A stretch of 64,000 bases of DNA, from assembly GCA_965223505.1 (NCBI GenBank), contig CBDCWP010000030.1, forward strand, positions 1 through 64,000. The letters are read 5' to 3'. Shown piece by piece: positions 60,498 to 64,000 of this stretch. Every line of letters starts with the position of its first letter. The stretch's first letter is position 1. The position numbers and the translations under genes are program-made. The notes under the pieces were generated by a model that saw nothing but the letters and a program-made list of their open reading frames with translations, had not been told where the DNA came from and ran no database searches. The DNA is from Planctomycetota bacterium. Lineage in GTDB: Bacteria; Planctomycetota; PLA2; JAEUHO01.

Positions 60498-62837
60498 ATG
60501 AAGAACCTCAGCATTGGCGTACTGCTACTGGTGATGTGCACGGGCACGTTCACGGGATGCGGTTGCGGCGACTCGTTTACCGACGTCCTGCCGGCATCGG
60601 AGACCGCCTCGTTCCGGATTCGCTCCGCGCAAAAGCCCTGCGAAATCCCCTTCACGCCCGTCGAAGAGAAATGCGAAGTGAAGATCGACGTCTTCTTCGT
60701 GATCGACGACAGCAACTTCATGTACGCGCCGGTCGTCGCCGGCGATCCGCGCACCAAGATGGAAATGACGAAGCGAATCTTCCTCGACATTCGCAAGCGG
60801 CTGCAGACGCAGCTCGACACCGCGGCCCAGAACGGCAACCTCGCGGCGGTGTGCGCCCAGTACGGACTCTCGAATCTGCCCGCCGACGTCGTCGCCAAGC
60901 TCGCCGCCGGCGACGTGCGTTTCGACATCGCGTTCGGCGTGGGCCGCTACGAGGACTACGGCAACTCAACCGTGAATTTCGACCTCAACGGCAACCTCCC
61001 GCCCGCCGCTCAAGCCGGTGTGATCGACGCCAACGCGCGGCCCTTCATCCTCAACATGCCGATCCTGCGCGAGCACTACTTGGAAGCGCACGACGGCGAC
61101 GCGGCCAACCCCAACTTCGACCCGATCTTCGAGTCGGCGCTCGACGTCACGGGCGGCGCGACGCCCGACGCGGTCGGCCCGATCAGCACCGAGAATCGCC
61201 GAGCGTTCGGCGACGGCAGCGTCGGTTTCGCCAGCGCGGCCCAGTTCCGTCAGGACCCGCAGAGCGGGTTCGAGGCGCTCTATCAGGTGGCGACGGGCGC
61301 GGGCTTCGACGGCAACGCCGACGCGGACAACGAGGACAGCGGGCTGCCGTGCGGCAATCTCGCGCAGGGCCTCGCCCCCGCCGTGCTGAACCCCGGCGAG
61401 ACGAACGACGTCCCGTCGGTCGGCTACCAGCCGCTTCCGAACGAGCCCCAGCAGCCGGGCGAGCCGGTGCGTGAGGTCTTCCTCGTCGGCGACGGCAACG
61501 GCAACTTCCCGCAGGGCGGCGCTGACGCCCCCGGCGCTTGCATCACGTCGGGCAACGAGGGCGGTGTCGGCTGGCGCAACGGCTCGGCGCGCTTCGTGCT
61601 CCTGGCGTCCGACGTCGCTGCGATCAGCGCGATCGATCCCGAACCGGCGTTCAACGCGACGCTGAGCGTTCCGAACAACACCCCCCTGCCGTGCGCGCTT
61701 CCGGGCCCGTTCGCAGGCAGCGTCCTCGCCTCGGCGTTCGACGGCACGACCGGTCGCTTCGGCGCGGACGCCGGCAAGGCGGGCATCGTGGCGCCGGCCG
61801 GCGCGGCGACGCCCCAGCAGGCGGTGAACGCGCTCGAGGGCGCATGCATCGAGGCCCTCTTCATCGGAGCGCCGGGCATCCTGCCCGGACCGGTGAAGCC
61901 CAACGCCACGACCACGCCGATCTTCGGCATTCCGGTGCCGTCGAGCCCGAGCTTCCTCCCGTACACGTGGATGAGCGGCGTTTCGAAGCTCACCGGAGTG
62001 CGCAATGTCGTGACGGCCGCCGAAGACGCCGCGAACGCGGGCGACTGGCCGAACGTCTTCGACATGGCGACGGTGATTCCGCACGCGCAGCCGGGCCCCT
62101 CCGACGACATGCTCAACGGCCTCTACGAGCGAGTCGCCGTGCACATGTGCGAGAACCCCGCGGCTGTCGTCTGCCCCATCTCGGACACGCTGCCGCCGAA
62201 CTCGCCGGACATCGAGGTTTGTTTCGAGCTGATCGTGAACGGTTCGACGCCGGGCTTCACGGCGAGCTTCCCCTTCGTCGGCACGCAGCTTCGCGCGACG
62301 GCGCTCGTGCCCACCTACTACCGGGACACGATCACCAACGACGCGTTCCAGGTCATCGGCGGCAACCGGATCGACGTCGGGCAGCCCGGCGCGATCGCAA
62401 GCACCAACGAAGACACCGTGATCGCCTTCTTCGACCCGGCCTCGACGATCACCGAAGCGGTCTTCCAGTACGCGTCCGAGAACATCCCGCCGGACCAGCT
62501 GGCGACGACGTCCTTCACGCTGGAGCGTGTCAGCTACACGCTGCCCGGCGGACTGCCCCAGGAGCACGCGTCGATCCTGGACGAGTGCATGCTCGCGCAG
62601 GACGTGGAGGTCGCGGCCGACATCGACCTGATCGGCAACGCCAACCTCGTCGATCCGGTGGTCGCTACGCCGTCGATCAACATCAACGGCAACCCGGGCG
62701 GCTCTTGCGTCGAGCTCCTCGAGCCGAACTTCACGCCCTACCAGATCGGCAACTGCGATCCGCTCGGCGGTTCGTTCCCGCTCGGCTTGTTCTCGAAGGC
62801 GATCGACTCGTCCTTCAAGCCGGTCGCCGTGCCCTAG
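60498..62837 (+). CDS. Secreted or lipid-anchored vWA (integrin beta I-like) domain protein, 779 aa
   Basis: Signal ending FTG-CGCG; IDVFFVIDDS, AFGVGRYED, DPQSGFEALYQVA, GWRNGSARFVLLASD. Confidence 0.75.
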   Translation: MKNLSIGVLLLVMCTGTFTGCGCGDSFTDVLPASETASFRIRSAQKPCEIPFTPVEEKCEVKIDVFFVIDDSNFMYAPVVAGDPRTKMEMTKRIFLDIRKRLQTQLDTAAQNGNLAAVCAQYGLSNLPADVVAKLAAGDVRFDIAFGVGRYEDYGNSTVNFDLNGNLPPAAQAGVIDANARPFILNMPILREHYLEAHDGDAANPNFDPIFESALDVTGGATPDAVGPISTENRRAFGDGSVGFASAAQFRQDPQSGFEALYQVATGAGFDGNADADNEDSGLPCGNLAQGLAPAVLNPGETNDVPSVGYQPLPNEPQQPGEPVREVFLVGDGNGNFPQGGADAPGACITSGNEGGVGWRNGSARFVLLASDVAAISAIDPEPAFNATLSVPNNTPLPCALPGPFAGSVLASAFDGTTGRFGADAGKAGIVAPAGAATPQQAVNALEGACIEALFIGAPGILPGPVKPNATTTPIFGIPVPSSPSFLPYTWMSGVSKLTGVRNVVTAAEDAANAGDWPNVFDMATVIPHAQPGPSDDMLNGLYERVAVHMCENPAAVVCPISDTLPPNSPDIEVCFELIVNGSTPGFTASFPFVGTQLRATALVPTYYRDTITNDAFQVIGGNRIDVGQPGAIASTNEDTVIAFFDPASTITEAVFQYASENIPPDQLATTSFTLERVSYTLPGGLPQEHASILDECMLAQDVEVAADIDLIGNANLVDPVVATPSININGNPGGSCVELLEPNFTPYQIGNCDPLGGSFPLGLFSKAIDSSFKPVAVP

Positions 62838-62854
62838 GAGGGCCCCAACTCGAT

Positions 62855-62888
62855 CGGCCCGCCGCGGACATCCGCGGCGGGCCGTTTT
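62855..62888 (+). terminator. Intrinsic terminator
   Basis: cggcccgccgcgg-acat-ccgcggcgggccg followed by tttt, about 18 nt after the stop codon. Confidence 0.8.
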
Positions 62889-63043
62889 CAATTGGGTCCG
62901 AGCCCCACCCGATCGACCGGACGGGGCCGCACCGCTGAGGGCTTTCGGAGTTCTCGCAAATCGGGGTTGCGGGGCGCTCAACCAGGGAGATCATGGAACC
63001 GAGCACCAGGGGGGTGCATAACTCGGCGACCGGAGGTGCGTTC

Positions 63044-64000
63044 ATGTCCCCCCTGCGACTCACTCGACTTCGTTTTCTCGTTCTCACCGCGCTCGCGGCG
63101 CTCGCCGTCGGCGCCTGCGGCGGCGGCGGAGGAGGCGGCGGCGGCGGTGGCGGCGGCTCTCCGGGCATCCCGACGGGATTCTGGCTGACGCCCCAGCAAG
63201 GCGCGGCCGCCGTCGTCGGCACCCTGCTGAACGTGGTCTACACCGCGGACGACGACACCACCGCGCAGGTGCAGATCATCGCGGACGGCGACCAGAACCT
63301 GGCCACGACCGGCGACCAGGTCGTGCTGTTCGGCCCCGTCAACGATCCGAACGGCGCCAACCAGAACGCGATGCTCGACACCAGCCTGCTGCCCGGCGTG
63401 GGCGCGTACACCCTGTTCCTGGAGCTGGACGACAGCACGAACCCGGTCGTCCAGGTCACCCTGCCGCAGCCGCTGGTCGTATACCGCCCCATGGCCGGCG
63501 TCAGCAGCCCGCGCGCCAACCGCTACGGCGTGGTCGGACAGTTCGTCGTGTTCACACGCGGCGAAGCGGAGGACTCGAACGCGGGGCAGGTGCTGAACAG
63601 CGACGGTGACACCGGCGACGGGGTGATCTCGGTGTTCGACACCCAGTCGGGGATCGTGGTCAACAGCGGGATCTCCGCCGACGTGACGGCGGGCGCGGTC
63701 GCCGGTGAACCGCGCGTGATGGTCGCCCTCTCGGGCTTTCTTGCCTGGCTGACGCGCGAGGCCGACGAAGGCGAGATCAACAACGACGGCGACGGGATTC
63801 CCAACGACACGATGGTCTCGTACTTCGCGCCGTTCGTGCCCAGCACGCCCGTGACCAACGTGTTCGGCGGGGCACGCGCCATCGTGAGCGCCTCCACGAA
63901 CCGGCTCGTCGTCGCGTTGAGCGAAGCGGACGAAGGACCGGCCGGCACCGACCAGAACGGCGACCTCGATCAGGCGGACACGGTCTTCGCCTACATCGAC
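63044..64000 (+). CDS. Lipoprotein with a poly-Gly tether and Dx[DN]xDG-like repeats (3' truncated; missing from the ORF track)
   Basis: GGAGG then ATG 63044; MSPLRLTRLRFLVLTALAALAVGA-C plus 13 Gly; repeats GEAEDS..LNSDGDTGDGV, EADEGEINNDGD, EADEG..DQNGDLDQADTV; frame open to window end. Confidence 0.8.
   Translation, partial: MSPLRLTRLRFLVLTALAALAVGACGGGGGGGGGGGGGSPGIPTGFWLTPQQGAAAVVGTLLNVVYTADDDTTAQVQIIADGDQNLATTGDQVVLFGPVNDPNGANQNAMLDTSLLPGVGAYTLFLELDDSTNPVVQVTLPQPLVVYRPMAGVSSPRANRYGVVGQFVVFTRGEAEDSNAGQVLNSDGDTGDGVISVFDTQSGIVVNSGISADVTAGAVAGEPRVMVALSGFLAWLTREADEGEINNDGDGIPNDTMVSYFAPFVPSTPVTNVFGGARAIVSASTNRLVVALSEADEGPAGTDQNGDLDQADTVFAYID

Noticed and set aside
63119..63157. GGC-rich run as a phase-variable simple repeat
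   Set aside because: Mixed codons (GGC/GGA/GGT) encode a poly-Gly lipoprotein tether, and triplet slippage would not shift the frame.

Overview
A gene-dense, GC-rich (about 70% by eye) bacterial chromosomal segment, most likely from a Planctomycetota-related lineage. That assignment is an inference from the atpB/atpD sequence style, a membrane-anchored ECF sigma factor, and LRR, prenyltransferase-repeat and carboxypeptidase-regulatory-like envelope proteins. Housekeeping genes: 3' part of gyrA, truD, an orphan parA, pyrB-pyrI, an LPS inner-core/heptose cluster (gmhB, an HldC-kinase fusion, a WaaP-like kinase, two GT4s, waaF, hldE, an lpxL-like acyltransferase), a complete H+-type F1Fo ATP synthase operon and aat. 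Many uncharacterised secreted or membrane proteins lie between them. Best candidates for undescribed biology: (1) a two-gene operon (1154 aa + 2610 aa) encoding three homologous membrane-anchored modules of about 1100-1350 aa, with an internal signal-peptide-like junction; (2) a deoxyhypusine-synthase-fold gene translationally coupled to hldE, plus an adenylyltransferase-kinase fusion, suggesting a non-standard heptose pathway; (3) an integrin-beta-I-like vWA lipoprotein next to a lipoprotein with Ca-blade-like repeats; (4) about 12 genes with a -10-like box 6-10 nt before the start codon, indicating pervasive leaderless transcription. GTAG-type REP doublets lie between convergent genes. aat carries three compensating single-base insertions that look like sequencing errors. 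I saw no rRNA, tRNA, CRISPR array or transposase. All protein calls come from motif recognition by eye, without database searches.
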